Assembly (NCBI GenBank): GCA_963804165.1
Contig: CAWDPO010000037.1
Coordinates: forward strand, 87,876-151,875
Source of the DNA: an uncultured delta proteobacterium
Lineage (GTDB): Bacteria; Desulfobacterota; Binatia; UBA9968
Direction: 5' to 3'
DNA: 64,000 nucleotides
Below are positions 33,572-43,452 of the stretch, piece by piece (position 1 is the stretch's first letter; each line of letters opens with the position of its first letter). Below the pieces are notes generated by a model. That model was given only the letters and a program-made list of their open reading frames with translations, did not search any database and was not told the origin of the DNA. Position numbers and translations under genes: made by a program.

Positions 33572-34508
33572 TTAGAGAAGATTGATGACCATCCCTTCGT
33601 GGGCGACGACGGTCGAGCTAAAAAGTCGCTTTGGCCTGCTTCTGAATATTTTTCATCGTTTTGTCGTCGTGAGTCGGTTCGTGATGGAAGAGCGCGAGGC
33701 GTTTGACACCGGCCTTTTGCGCCACATCGACGGCCATGTCGATGGTGCTGTGACCCCAGCCCTTGCGCGGTTTGTCTCGCGAGGAGTATTCGTCCTGAAG
33801 ATACTGGGCGTCATGGATCAATAAGTCCGCGCCGCGGGCAAACTCTATGACTTCGGGATAGCCGCCTTCTTGCTCTTCGATATCCGTGGCATAGACAAAA
33901 CTCTTGTTCTTGTAGTGGACCCGATACAGCATGACGCCGTTTAGCGGGTGCGCGGCGCTTTTACAGGTCGTCACCGTCAGCTCCCCAGCTTCGACGCCGT
34001 CGGCGGCTCGAGGTCCCTCGATCTTAGGTCGTCTGCCTGCTGATCCGAAGCGAATCACCTCGTCGCCGGAGAGTGAGAAAATTTCTTTCTTTCCTTTGAG
34101 CTCATCGAGCGAAACGGGGAACAGATGGCTGTTGGTCAAGTGGCGCAGGCTTCGAGTCAGCGCTCCGCGGCTAGCGCCGGGACCCAGAATAAAAGTCCGT
34201 CCCGCGGCCGTCAGCAGGGGCTCGAAAAAACAAAGTCCCAATACATGGTCGATATGGGTGTGGCTCAAAAAAACATACGCCGCGGGAGGTGACGCTGCGC
34301 CGTTGCAAAGTTCCTTTCCAAGCGGAATGATTCCCGTGCCGGCGTCGAAGATCAACCGTCGACCGTCGACCTCGACTTCGACGCAAGAAGTATTTCCGCC
34401 GACTCCGAGAGTCGAGGCGGCGACGGTGGGATAGCTTCCGCGCACGCCCCAAAATTTAAGACTGAAGCGACCCGCGGTGCTGGCAAGCGGCTGAGATCGG
34501 TTGTTCAT
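33572..34508 (-). CDS. MBL-fold metallohydrolase, probable cyclic-nucleotide phosphodiesterase
   Basis: FWGVRGS, GGNTSC, SHTHIDH, WGHS and FHHEP motifs. An extra T in the run at about 33620 truncates the natural ...VAHEGMVINLL end. Confidence 0.85.
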
Positions 34509-34517
34509 CGAGATGGT

Positions 34518-35600
34518 TTACCTGGCGCCGGTCACATTGAATGCTAGAATTGGCCGGCTGATGCCCTTGAGATTAAGCTCTTGGATCGATTCCGCGGTGA
34601 AAGCATTTTCCAGCCGGCTCATGGTTTTTTGATCGGTCAGAATCTGTCCACCCTTTGCCTCGGCGCACAAGCGCGCCGCCAAGTTCGGCAAGTTGCCGAC
34701 TGTACCGTAATCCATTCGGCCTTCAAAGCCCATGGTTCCCAGTGTCGCATAGCCGGCCGCAAATCCCACGCCCAGGTCCAAATTGTAGCCCTTCTTCAGC
34801 CACGACGTGCGCAGCTCTTTCACTCGGTCCTGCATCTCGACGGCCATGCGCGCCGCTTTGTGGACGTGCTCCTCGCATGGAATCGGGTCGTTGAAAATTA
34901 CCACAATCCCGTCGCCCACGAAACGCTCCAACGTGCCTTCGTATTTGAAAACCAGCTTGCCCATTTCTTCATGGTAATGGCGCAGGAAGTCCATCACTTC
35001 TTCGGGCTCGGCGTTGTCGGAGAAAGCCGTAAAGCCGCGCAGATCGAGAAACACGATGGTAATCTCGCGCCGGTGGGTCTTGAACACGTCATCATCCTGA
35101 CCCAGGATGGTCTCGGCGATTTGCGGCGAAAGGTAACGCTTGAGGCGGGCCATACGCTGGAGCTCGCCGACTTGCTTTTTCACCGTGTCCGCCAGCGTGC
35201 GGTTCCACTCTTCGAGCGTGTCGTGCATCTCTTTGAGCCGCATCATCGCGCGTACCCGCGCCAAAAGCTCGAAGGAATCGAACGGCTTGGTCACGTAATC
35301 GTCCGCGCCGGCGTCGAGGCCGGCGACTTTGTCTTCCTGGGTCGCCTTGGCCGTGAGCAGGATCACTGGAATACCTTTGTGCTCTGGGCTGCCTCTCAGT
35401 TGCTTGACGACTTCGAGTCCGTTCATCCGCGGCATCATGTAATCGAGCAATATCACATCCGGCTTAAAGCTCGCAGTTTTTTCCAGCGCCTCGACGCCGT
35501 CGGCGGCTCTTTCAATCCGATAGTCATAGTCCATCAGTTCTTGCTCGAGCAGATCGAGATTGAACGGCTCGTCGTCGACGATGAGAATTTTATTGGCCAT
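34518..35600 (-). CDS. Receiver domain + class III nucleotide cyclase
   Basis: REC domain (MANKILIVDDE), then FLDLRGFT, FVGDG and NLAARLC. Confidence 0.93.
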   Translation of the reverse strand: MANKILIVDDEPFNLDLLEQELMDYDYRIERAADGVEALEKTASFKPDVILLDYMMPRMNGLEVVKQLRGSPEHKGIPVILLTAKATQEDKVAGLDAGADDYVTKPFDSFELLARVRAMMRLKEMHDTLEEWNRTLADTVKKQVGELQRMARLKRYLSPQIAETILGQDDDVFKTHRREITIVFLDLRGFTAFSDNAEPEEVMDFLRHYHEEMGKLVFKYEGTLERFVGDGIVVIFNDPIPCEEHVHKAARMAVEMQDRVKELRTSWLKKGYNLDLGVGFAAGYATLGTMGFEGRMDYGTVGNLPNLAARLCAEAKGGQILTDQKTMSRLENAFTAESIQELNLKGISRPILAFNVTGAR

Positions 35601-35604
35601 AAGC

Positions 35605-35979
35605 TTAACCAAGGTACTTTTTGATCTTTTGGAGCAGCGCGTCTTCGTCAATCGGCTTTGGCAGGTAATCGTCGCAGCCTGCCTTGCGCGCGTCGATCTC
35701 GTCACCGACCATGGCATGGGAAGTCACGGCGATGATGGGGATATGCTTGAGCGCATCGTTCGCTTTTAGCCGTCTCGTGGCTTCCCACCCGTCCATCACC
35801 GGCATGCCGAGGTCCATCAAAATCAGATCAGGTGCATCTTGCTCCGCCGCCTTGACGCCCTGTTCGCCGTCGACTGCTTCTAACACAGTGTATTCTTCTT
35901 CCAATAGCTGAACGAGCAAGTCCCGGTTCCAGTCAGTATCATCGACCACGAGGATTTTTTTTTTATCCATCAGGTTCAC
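35605..35979 (-). CDS. Single-domain response regulator (DivK-like)
   Basis: LILMDLGMPVMDG, AVTSHAMVGD and AGCDDYLPKP motifs. Confidence 0.93.
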   Translation of the reverse strand: MNLMDKKKILVVDDTDWNRDLLVQLLEEEYTVLEAVDGEQGVKAAEQDAPDLILMDLGMPVMDGWEATRRLKANDALKHIPIIAVTSHAMVGDEIDARKAGCDDYLPKPIDEDALLQKIKKYLG

Positions 35980-35987
35980 CCTATAAA

Positions 35988-36018
35988 ATTTTGGATTTTG
36001 GATTTTCGATTTTCGATT
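35988..36018. repeat. Heptamer array (ATTTTGG/ATTTTCG)x4, left arm of inverted pair
   Basis: 29/31 complementary to 36460-36490. Confidence 0.95.
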
Positions 36019-36064
36019 GCCAGAAGGTCGGATTAAATATTCAACCGTTGCAGTTGGAAAATCG

Positions 36065-36422
36065 TCATCTTCGTCCTCGAAGTGTTTTGATCGATGCGAC
36101 GGTCATAGCAATGATCTCGTGAGATTCCCTTTAGCAAATCGGTTCACTTGTGCTTCCGGAACAATCTCGGCCTCGACGAGCAATTCAAGCCAATAAATGG
36201 TTTCGTCTGCTTCTTCTTCGACGATCGCGAGTTTTGCAAGGACGTCCGCCGGCGAATTTCCACGGCACGCCGACGCGATAATTGGCTCCGACCGAAGTGC
36301 CAGAACGAAGCAATTGCCTACCAACGACATCGGCCGTTCGGGCTCGCGGGTAGTGATTCGACAATTCAATTACCGAAGCGCTAAGCTACTTGGTCCGCTC
36401 GCTTGAAAAGTTGTTCGTCCAT
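36065..36422 (-). CDS. Four-helix-bundle protein (23S rRNA IVP / Avd-like family), several indels
   Basis: Reconstructed across frames: MDEQLFK.RTK..A..VIEL...ADVVGRQLLRSGTSVGANY..ACRG.SPADVLAKLAIVEEEADETIYWLELL...EIIAMTVASIKTLRGRR. Confidence 0.8.
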
Positions 36423-36459
36423 TTTTTGTCGCGCTTTACTGGGTCTGAGGTCCCTGTTC

Positions 36460-36490
36460 AATCGAAAATCCAAAATCGAAAATCCAAAAT
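36460..36490. repeat. Heptamer array (CGAAAAT/CCAAAAT)x4, right arm of inverted pair
   Basis: Direct reading AATCGAAAATCCAAAATCGAAAATCCAAAAT. Confidence 0.95.
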
Positions 36491-36495
36491 TACTT

Positions 36496-39451
36496 TTATC
36501 TTCGAAGTTCCATCGGCAAAGTGATCGTGAACTTCGATCCTTTGCCTTCTTCGCTCTCGACGACGATTTCGCCGCCCATAAGATTGATGAATTTTTTCAC
36601 GATGGCCAAGCCTAAGCCGGTGCCGCCGTATCTCCGCGTGCTCGACATATCGGCCTGGCGAAACTCGTCGAAGATGTATTTAAGCGCATCCTGGTTCATA
36701 CCGATGCCGGTGTCTGACACGGTGAGCTTTACGGAACCGTTGTCGCGCCAGGCGGTGACTTTGATCTCGCCGCGCTCGGTAAACTTGACCGCATTGCTCA
36801 GGAGGTTGAGCATGGATTGCTTGAGTTTGTCCCGGTCGGTTTTGAGCGGCGGGATATCCGAGGCGATCTCGGTGACCAGTTTGACGTTTCCGTTTCTAAG
36901 TAAGCGGTTCGACCGTGGTCGTCGCGACCCGCAGGATTTCGTCGAGCTTGAACGTTTCGGCGAAGACCTCCATGCGCCCCGCTTCGATCTTCGCCAGATC
37001 GAGCAGCTCGTTGATCAAACTGAGCAGATGATCCGAGCTGATGAGGACTTTTTGCAGGTTTTCTTTTTGTAGGGCTTCGATTTTTCCCTCGGTGCGGCGC
37101 AAGACTATTCTCGTGAAGCCGATAATCGAGTTGAGCGGCGTGCGCAGCTCGTGGCTGACGTTGGCGAGAAATTGCGATTTGTGCCTATTCGCGGTTTCGA
37201 GCTGGGCATTTTTCTCTTCGAGTTCTTGGAACAAGCGAACATTCTCGATGGCGATCACCGCCTGGTCGGCGAAAGTCTTGAGTAGTGAGATTTGACTTTC
37301 CGTGAATGGCCGAATTTCTCGCCGGTAGACGGCGATGGCGCCGACCAGAGTATTTTCCTTAAGCATCGGAACCGCAAGAACGGTTCGGATTCCCTCGTTG
37401 CGGTATTCTTCCGGAGGGTGCCACTCGGGATCGGCGGAAACGTCGGGGATGTGAATGATTCTCTTTTCCAATGCAACGCGGCCGACCGCCGTTCCCCGGT
37501 CCGGCGGAAATGTTCTATCCGCCAATGTCGTCATCTGCGGGGAAACATACTGAGCCGTAGCCAGACGGAAAACCTCGCCATCAAATCTAAAAATGGCGCC
37601 GTAGTCGGTACTGCCCAGACGCGTTGCGTTGCCGAGAATGGTTTCAAAAACGGGTTGGAGGTCTCGCGGCGAGCTGCTGATCACGCCCAAAACTTGGCTC
37701 GTCGCAGTCTGTTGCTCCAACGACTCGGTGAGCTCACTGTTCTTCTCCTGGATCTCCTGAAAGAGCCGAACGTTTTCTATAGCGATCACGGCCTGGTCGG
37801 CGAATGTCTTAAGAAGAGCGATTTGCTTGTCGTTGAACGGACGGACCACCGTACGGCGGATATTGATTACGCCAATCGGTATCCCTTCCCGCAGCAACGG
37901 TGTGGTCAAAACAGTCCGCACGCCGCTGGCCTGTTGTCTAGATTTCGATCCGGGGAAATCTTTTTCCACCTCTAACGCGAGATCATGGACGTGAATCGTC
38001 GTCTTGTCGATTACCGCTCGACCCGCAGGTGTTCCACGAGTGATCGTCGGAACCGACGTCGTAAACGGAATCGAGCCATGTCCGGCTACGCGCTGCAGAA
38101 CTTCCCCTTCGATAAGAAATATCTGTGCATCCTCGGCATCACACAGCCGCGCCGCTCGTTCCGCGACGACGTCGAGAACCGGCTGAATATCCGTTGGCGA
38201 GCCGGCGATCACACCGAGGATTTCGCTCGTCGCCGTTTGCTGCTCCAGTGATTCTGTCAGTTCGCGGGTGCGGTCTTCGACCTTTTGCTCCAGGTTGGTG
38301 TAGGACTCCTGCAGCTGAGATGTCATCTTGTTGAACTCGTCGGCCAGCACTTCGATCTCGTCGCCGCTCTTCAGATTGAGACGATAACCGAGATCACCGG
38401 TGCCGATGCGTTCGACACCTTCACGCAAGCGGCGCAACGGATAGACCACGCGCCGCGCCAGAAAGAAGCTGGCGATCAGCGCCATGCCGAGACCGATCAA
38501 GAACAAGATGGAGGTTCGCAGCATCGAGGCGTAGAGCGCCTCGTAGGCTTCTTCGACGGGACGGTCGACGATAATCGCCCATTCGAGCCCCGGAACGAGC
38601 GCATAGGAGCTCAACACGTCTTTGCCTTGAATATTCGGCGCGACAATGGCGATGCGGCCCGGAGCGGCGGGAGCGCTGTCGAAGGCTGCTCTTGCGGCGG
38701 CGACTTCGCGGATATTGCGCCGTTGCAAAACCAGGCTGATATCGGGATGAGCGATCAGCTCGCCGCCGCGGCTGATGACATAGGCGTACCCCGCCTTGCC
38801 GATCGTGAGGCTTGAGACCACGTCGCCGATGTACTTGAGGTTGACCTCCGCTTGCAGCACGCCGATCACGTCGCCGGCAAAGCGCTCGATGGGCACGGCG
38901 ATCGTCATATAGGGCTCGGAGCCGCGGACAAAGTAGACGCGCCCGAAGTAGGACTTGCCTTCTCGCGCTCGCTTGAACGCGTCTACCGCCGCGAGGTTTT
39001 TCTTGGCGTCGGGCAAAACGGTGCGCAGGCGCGACGCTTGCACCTGGATCACCCCTTCTTGGTTGAGTGCCACCGCCTCGGTGATCGCCGGCGCAATCAG
39101 CAGGAGCTTTTCCAGCTCGAAGCGAAAGTCCGGTGTGAGTCCCTTGGGCGCGATGTCGCGGCTCTTGGTCGCGCCCTTGAGCACGTTGTGGATCTCTTGC
39201 ACGAAGTGTTCGATCTTGAAGGCCGCGCCGGAAGCGATTTCCTTTTGCTGGAGAGCCAGTTGCTCGCGGCTCTCGTGATAGCGAAAATAGATCTCGACGA
39301 GGCCGCTGGTGATCAGACCGCCGCCGATGAACAGCACGGATATCAGAAAATAATCGCGCACCAGGCGACCGCGGCGCTGGGGCTCGGCACGGCGACGAGA
39401 CAGCCATTGCGGAAGTTTTTCTTTCCAATGGGTCATAGCCGAGGTCAACAT
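36496..39451 (-). CDS. Sensor histidine kinase: TM-dCache-TM-HAMP-GAF-GAF-HisKA-HATPase (frameshift at about 36900)
   Basis: IAHPD Cache motif, HAMP, two LEQQTATS/FADQAVIAIEN GAF repeats, SHELRTPL; NAVKFT and GTGLGL lie in the shifted frame. Confidence 0.92.
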
Positions 39452-39570
39452 ATCACTTCATCGCGTTCCATGGAGATTTTTATTGCCTTTCTCCGGTTGC
39501 CGTTTACTTTTGCGCTTCCCGCACGATGGCGCGCTCCGTTAGCTCGATCTCTCTGCTCGTGCGATCCGTG

Positions 39571-40182
39571 TCATAGATCCAAGTATGCGCGCTCCGCCTC
39601 TACAGCTTCCAACCAACGTCGCTTTCGCTCGACGGGCACGGCGAGCGGCTCAACTCGATCGCGATAGAACTGTACGCGTTCCTCTCGCGTCTTGAGCGGT
39701 GGCATCTCGATGACGACGCCGGTGCCGCCAAACTGCTTTCCCGCTTCGGCGTATCGCTTTCGCCTTTCAGAGGCGTCAAGCTTCAGCCAAACCTCCTCGC
39801 CCTGGAAACGCCATGGACCGTAGCCCGGCCTGAAAAAGAAGAATTCCGGTTCGGCAAAAACTTGCACGTCCTTAGTCGAATAGTCACGCTCGGCAACAAT
39901 AATCCGTCCGTCCTGATCGGCCAGGACCTCCGCGGAATCGTAAAACACGAAGGTCGGCCCGCGGTCGGGCCCAAGAAGTACTTTTGTCCACACCGCAAGC
40001 ACGACGACGTTGTTAACAGGCTGCTTGGATTCGGCGTCGACGATCTGCGCTTTCCACGGTCCGAGTGCTAGAGCGGGGCGAACGGCGGCCGCAAGACTCA
40101 GGGCCAAAAGGAGAGTGCCAAGCACCAAAACAAAAAATTGCTTCTGCGCTTTCCTCTTCACGCCTTGCACCTCACTACTCAC
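39571..40182 (-). CDS. Secreted hypothetical protein (carboxypeptidase-regulatory-like beta domain)
   Basis: Signal peptide, IVDAESKQPV..VVLAVW and FFRPGY motifs. Confidence 0.7.
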   Translation of the reverse strand: MSSEVQGVKRKAQKQFFVLVLGTLLLALSLAAAVRPALALGPWKAQIVDAESKQPVNNVVVLAVWTKVLLGPDRGPTFVFYDSAEVLADQDGRIIVAERDYSTKDVQVFAEPEFFFFRPGYGPWRFQGEEVWLKLDASERRKRYAEAGKQFGGTGVVIEMPPLKTREERVQFYRDRVEPLAVPVERKRRWLEAVEAERAYLDL

Positions 40183-40184
40183 GC

Positions 40185-41179
40185 CTAACGAATCACCCGA
40201 TCCGCCCGTACCAGCACATTCGGCGGAATCGTGAGTCCGATCTGTTTTGCTGTCTTGAGATTGATTACCAGCTCGAATTTCGTCGGCTGCTCTACCGGCA
40301 GGTCGGCAGGCTTGGCGCCTTTCAGGATTTTGTCCACGTAATAGGCTACGCGCCGGTAGCTGTCAGCGAGGTCCGCGCCGTAGTACATAAGACCGCCATC
40401 ATCGACATATTCTCTTCTGCCGTACACCGACGGCAACCGGCTCTTTGCCGCAAAGCCCACAATTCGTTTTTGGTTACTATTCATGAGCGCGCCCGTGGAC
40501 ACGTAGAGTCCATCCGGGCGCTCCTTACTCTGCGCAGCGAATACCCTCTCGAACTCGTCGGCAGCTCGAATTCCCCAAGGCAGAATGGTCAGCCTCAGCG
40601 CACGTGCCGCGGCGGGGAGAACCTTTTTCACCTCGAGTGCACTGGTCGGATTGGTCGGATCGTAGAGAGCCGCGACACGGGCAAGTTTCGGAACGGTTTC
40701 TTTGAGCAGCTCCAGCCGCTTCCCGCCTAGTTCTAAGACAAGGAGAGTGATGCCGGTGACGTTTCCTCCAGGGCGGGCAAGGCTCTCAACAAAGCCAGCC
40801 TCGACGGGATCAGCCCCACCGCCCGACATAACGATGGGTACTGTCTTGGTTGCATTCATGGCCTCCCGGACGGCCGGGTCTCCTCCTGCTACCACGATGA
40901 TATCAACCTTGGAGAGTGCTAGCTCGGCCGCGAGCTGCAGCGAACCGTTCGCGCTTTCCTTCCGCATATCGGTACTCGATGGCGATGTTCTGTCCTTCGA
41001 TGTAGCCAAGATCGTGCAGGCCACGCCGAATTGCCTCGGCAGCGGGGGGACTCAGAAGCTGGATCGCGCGTTGATAGATAACCTAACCGCGGGACTTTTT
41101 TCGGCTGCTGCGCCTGAGCGTGAAAGCAAAGCGCTAAGAGCAAAGTGCTAAGCGCAAGACCAAAGAATTTTCTTCTCAT
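40185..41179 (-). CDS. ABC_sub_bind SBP paralogue 1 (frameshifts at about 40950-41045)
   Basis: [45 protein letters not shown]. Confidence 0.85.
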
Positions 41180-41238
41180 GAACCTACTCCTGTGTTCTTG
41201 CCGCTCTTTGCTCCTTGCCCTTTGCTCCATGCTCCCTG

Positions 41239-42270
41239 CTATTTGATCACTTGATTCGCCCGCTCGAGCACGCGGACTGGAACTGTTAGACCGATCTGTT
41301 TCGCCGCCTTAAGGTTTATGATGAATTCAAACTTCGTTGCCTGCTGCACAGATAGGTCAGAGGGTTTCGTCCCCTTGAGGATCTTGTCAACATATTGGGC
41401 GCCTTTGCGGTATAGGTCATCGTATTCTGCCCCGTAGGACATGAGACCGCCTGCATCGACAAACTCTTCCTGGTAGTAAATCGCCGGCAATCGGTATTTG
41501 ACGGCAAGCTCCACGATCCGCTTTCTTTCGGCGAAAAAGGTTGTAGCGGTGGTCGTCATAATCGCGCCCACCTGCTTCTGCTTTGCGGTTTGAAAGGCAC
41601 TCTCTAAACCTTTGGCATCGCGTTGAGTCTCGATCTCCTCCAATTGTAGCTTCAATGCTAGCGCCGCAGCCCTGAGGTTTTTGAGTTGGCGGTCGGATCC
41701 TCCCGCGGGCCTCAGAAGAGCAACTCGGGCGAGCTTTGGGATCACATCTTTGAGTATCTCTAGCCTCTTGGTATTTAGCTCGGTGGCTAAGCCCGAAAAC
41801 CCTGTGACATTGCCTCCTGGCCGCGCCAAACTAGCAACCAACCCTGCAGCGACGGGGTCGCCAACGGTCACCATCACGATGGGGATGGTACTAGTGGCGC
41901 TTTTGGCCGCTAACGAAGATGGTGTATCTGCGACCAGGATCAGATCGACCTTAAGACGAACCAACTCCGCCGCAAACTCAGGGAGGCGCTTTGTGCCTTT
42001 GTTCTCCCCAAACCGGTATTCGATGGTTATGTTCTTTCCCTCGATCCACCCAAGCTTATTCAGCTCTTGCCGGAACGCCTCCAAGAGGACCGCGCTACCA
42101 GAAGCAGTGCTTGGATCCAGGAAACCTATGCGGAAGATTTTTCCCGGCTGCTGCGCGTCAGCGGACGAGCAAAGCGCTAAGAGCATGGCGCAAAGCGTGA
42201 AGCAGAAGATTTTCTTCTGCGCGGATCGCCCAATCGAAAATCCAAAATCTAAAATCGAAAATTGAATCAC
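41239..42270 (-). CDS. ABC_sub_bind SBP paralogue 2
   Basis: Intact ORF; N-terminus FSILDFGFSI is encoded by the heptamer repeat. Confidence 0.9.
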   Translation of the reverse strand: MIQFSILDFGFSIGRSAQKKIFCFTLCAMLLALCSSADAQQPGKIFRIGFLDPSTASGSAVLLEAFRQELNKLGWIEGKNITIEYRFGENKGTKRLPEFAAELVRLKVDLILVADTPSSLAAKSATSTIPIVMVTVGDPVAAGLVASLARPGGNVTGFSGLATELNTKRLEILKDVIPKLARVALLRPAGGSDRQLKNLRAAALALKLQLEEIETQRDAKGLESAFQTAKQKQVGAIMTTTATTFFAERKRIVELAVKYRLPAIYYQEEFVDAGGLMSYGAEYDDLYRKGAQYVDKILKGTKPSDLSVQQATKFEFIINLKAAKQIGLTVPVRVLERANQVIK

Positions 42271-43340
42271 TTGATCACCTTATCCGCCCGGTACAGCACC
42301 GACTGCGGGATCGTCAGGCCGATTTGCTTTGCTGTTTTGAGATTGATCACGAACTCGAACTTCGTCGGCCGCTCAACTGGCAGATCAGCAGCCTTGGCTC
42401 CCTTGACGAGTTTGTCCACGTAAACCGCGACGCGCCGGTAGATATCCGCGAGGTCGGCCCCGTAGTACATTAGTCCACCGGCGTCCACGCCATCTTTATC
42501 GCCATACAGTGATGGTAACCGGCTCTTTAACGCAAAACCTGCGACACGTTTTCCACTCGCGCGCATTAGCGCACCTGTAAGCGGGACATATAGTCCATCC
42601 GGACGTTCCATGTTTAGCGCCGCCAATGCTCTCTCCAAACCGTTCGCGTCTCGTATCTCCCAAGACCGAACCGTCATTCCCAGCGCACGCGCCGCAACTG
42701 GGAGATCCTCTTTGACCTCGCGTGCGGTGCCCGGAGTGTCTGCGTCGTAGAGCACTGCGACACGTTCAAGTTTAGTGACGGCTTCTTTGAACAGCTCCAG
42801 CCGTTTACCGCCTAGTTCTGTGGAAAGATATGTGAGGCCCGTGAGGTTGCCGCCGGGACGAGCAAGGCTTTCAATCAAACCTGCTTCGACAGGATCGGGC
42901 CCGGAACCCGTCATCACGATGGGAATCGTCCGGGTCGCTTTCATGGCCGCCCGGATCAACGACTCTCCTCCGGTCACAACGATCATGTCAACCTTGAGAC
43001 GCACTAGTTCGGCTGCGAGCTCAGGTTATCGATCGCGCTTCCCCTCCGCGTATCGGTATTCGATCGCGATGTTCTGTCGTTCTATGTAGCCAAGCTCGCG
43101 CAGAGCCTGCCGAATTACCTCGGCACGGCTGGACTCACGAGCTGCATCGAGCGGCGATAGATAGCCTAGCCGCGGGACTTTCTTTGGCTGTTGCGCCTCG
43201 ACCACAACCCCGCACACCACGATTACGAAAGCCATTACCGAAAGCCCCAGCCATTTTAGATTTTCGTCTACGGGGCCGCTTTTGGATTTTAAATTGTCAG
43301 AGAACGATTTCAGAACTCGGGGCCGGGACTTTTCATTCAT
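42267..43340 (-). CDS. ABC_sub_bind SBP paralogue 3 (frameshift at about 43025)
   Basis: ORFs 43026-43340 and 42267-43004 join into one SBP. Confidence 0.85.
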
Positions 43341-43373
43341 GCGTTTTCTCTCCCATCAATCCAAGATCCAAAA

Positions 43374-43446
43374 CCTGTGGTGAACCCTTCGACGGAGTTT
43401 ATCCTGAGCACAGCCGAAGGACTGAAGATAGACTGTGTCGAACCAT
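43374..43446. repeat. Nested REP-like elements (CTTCGAC/GTCGAA..CTGAGC family) within a heptamer arm
   Basis: CCTGTGGTGAAC[CCTTCGAC[..TCCTGAGCACAGCCGAAGGA]CTGAAGATAG]..GTGTCGAACCA lies between AAAA and TCCAAAAT. Confidence 0.6.
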
Positions 43447-43452
43447 CCAAAA

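Noticed and set aside
36065-36422. Diversity-generating retroelement (Avd-like gene)
   Set aside because: No reverse transcriptase is present, and no TR/VR pair with adenine-specific mismatches was seen. The duplicated SBP pair is whole-gene length.
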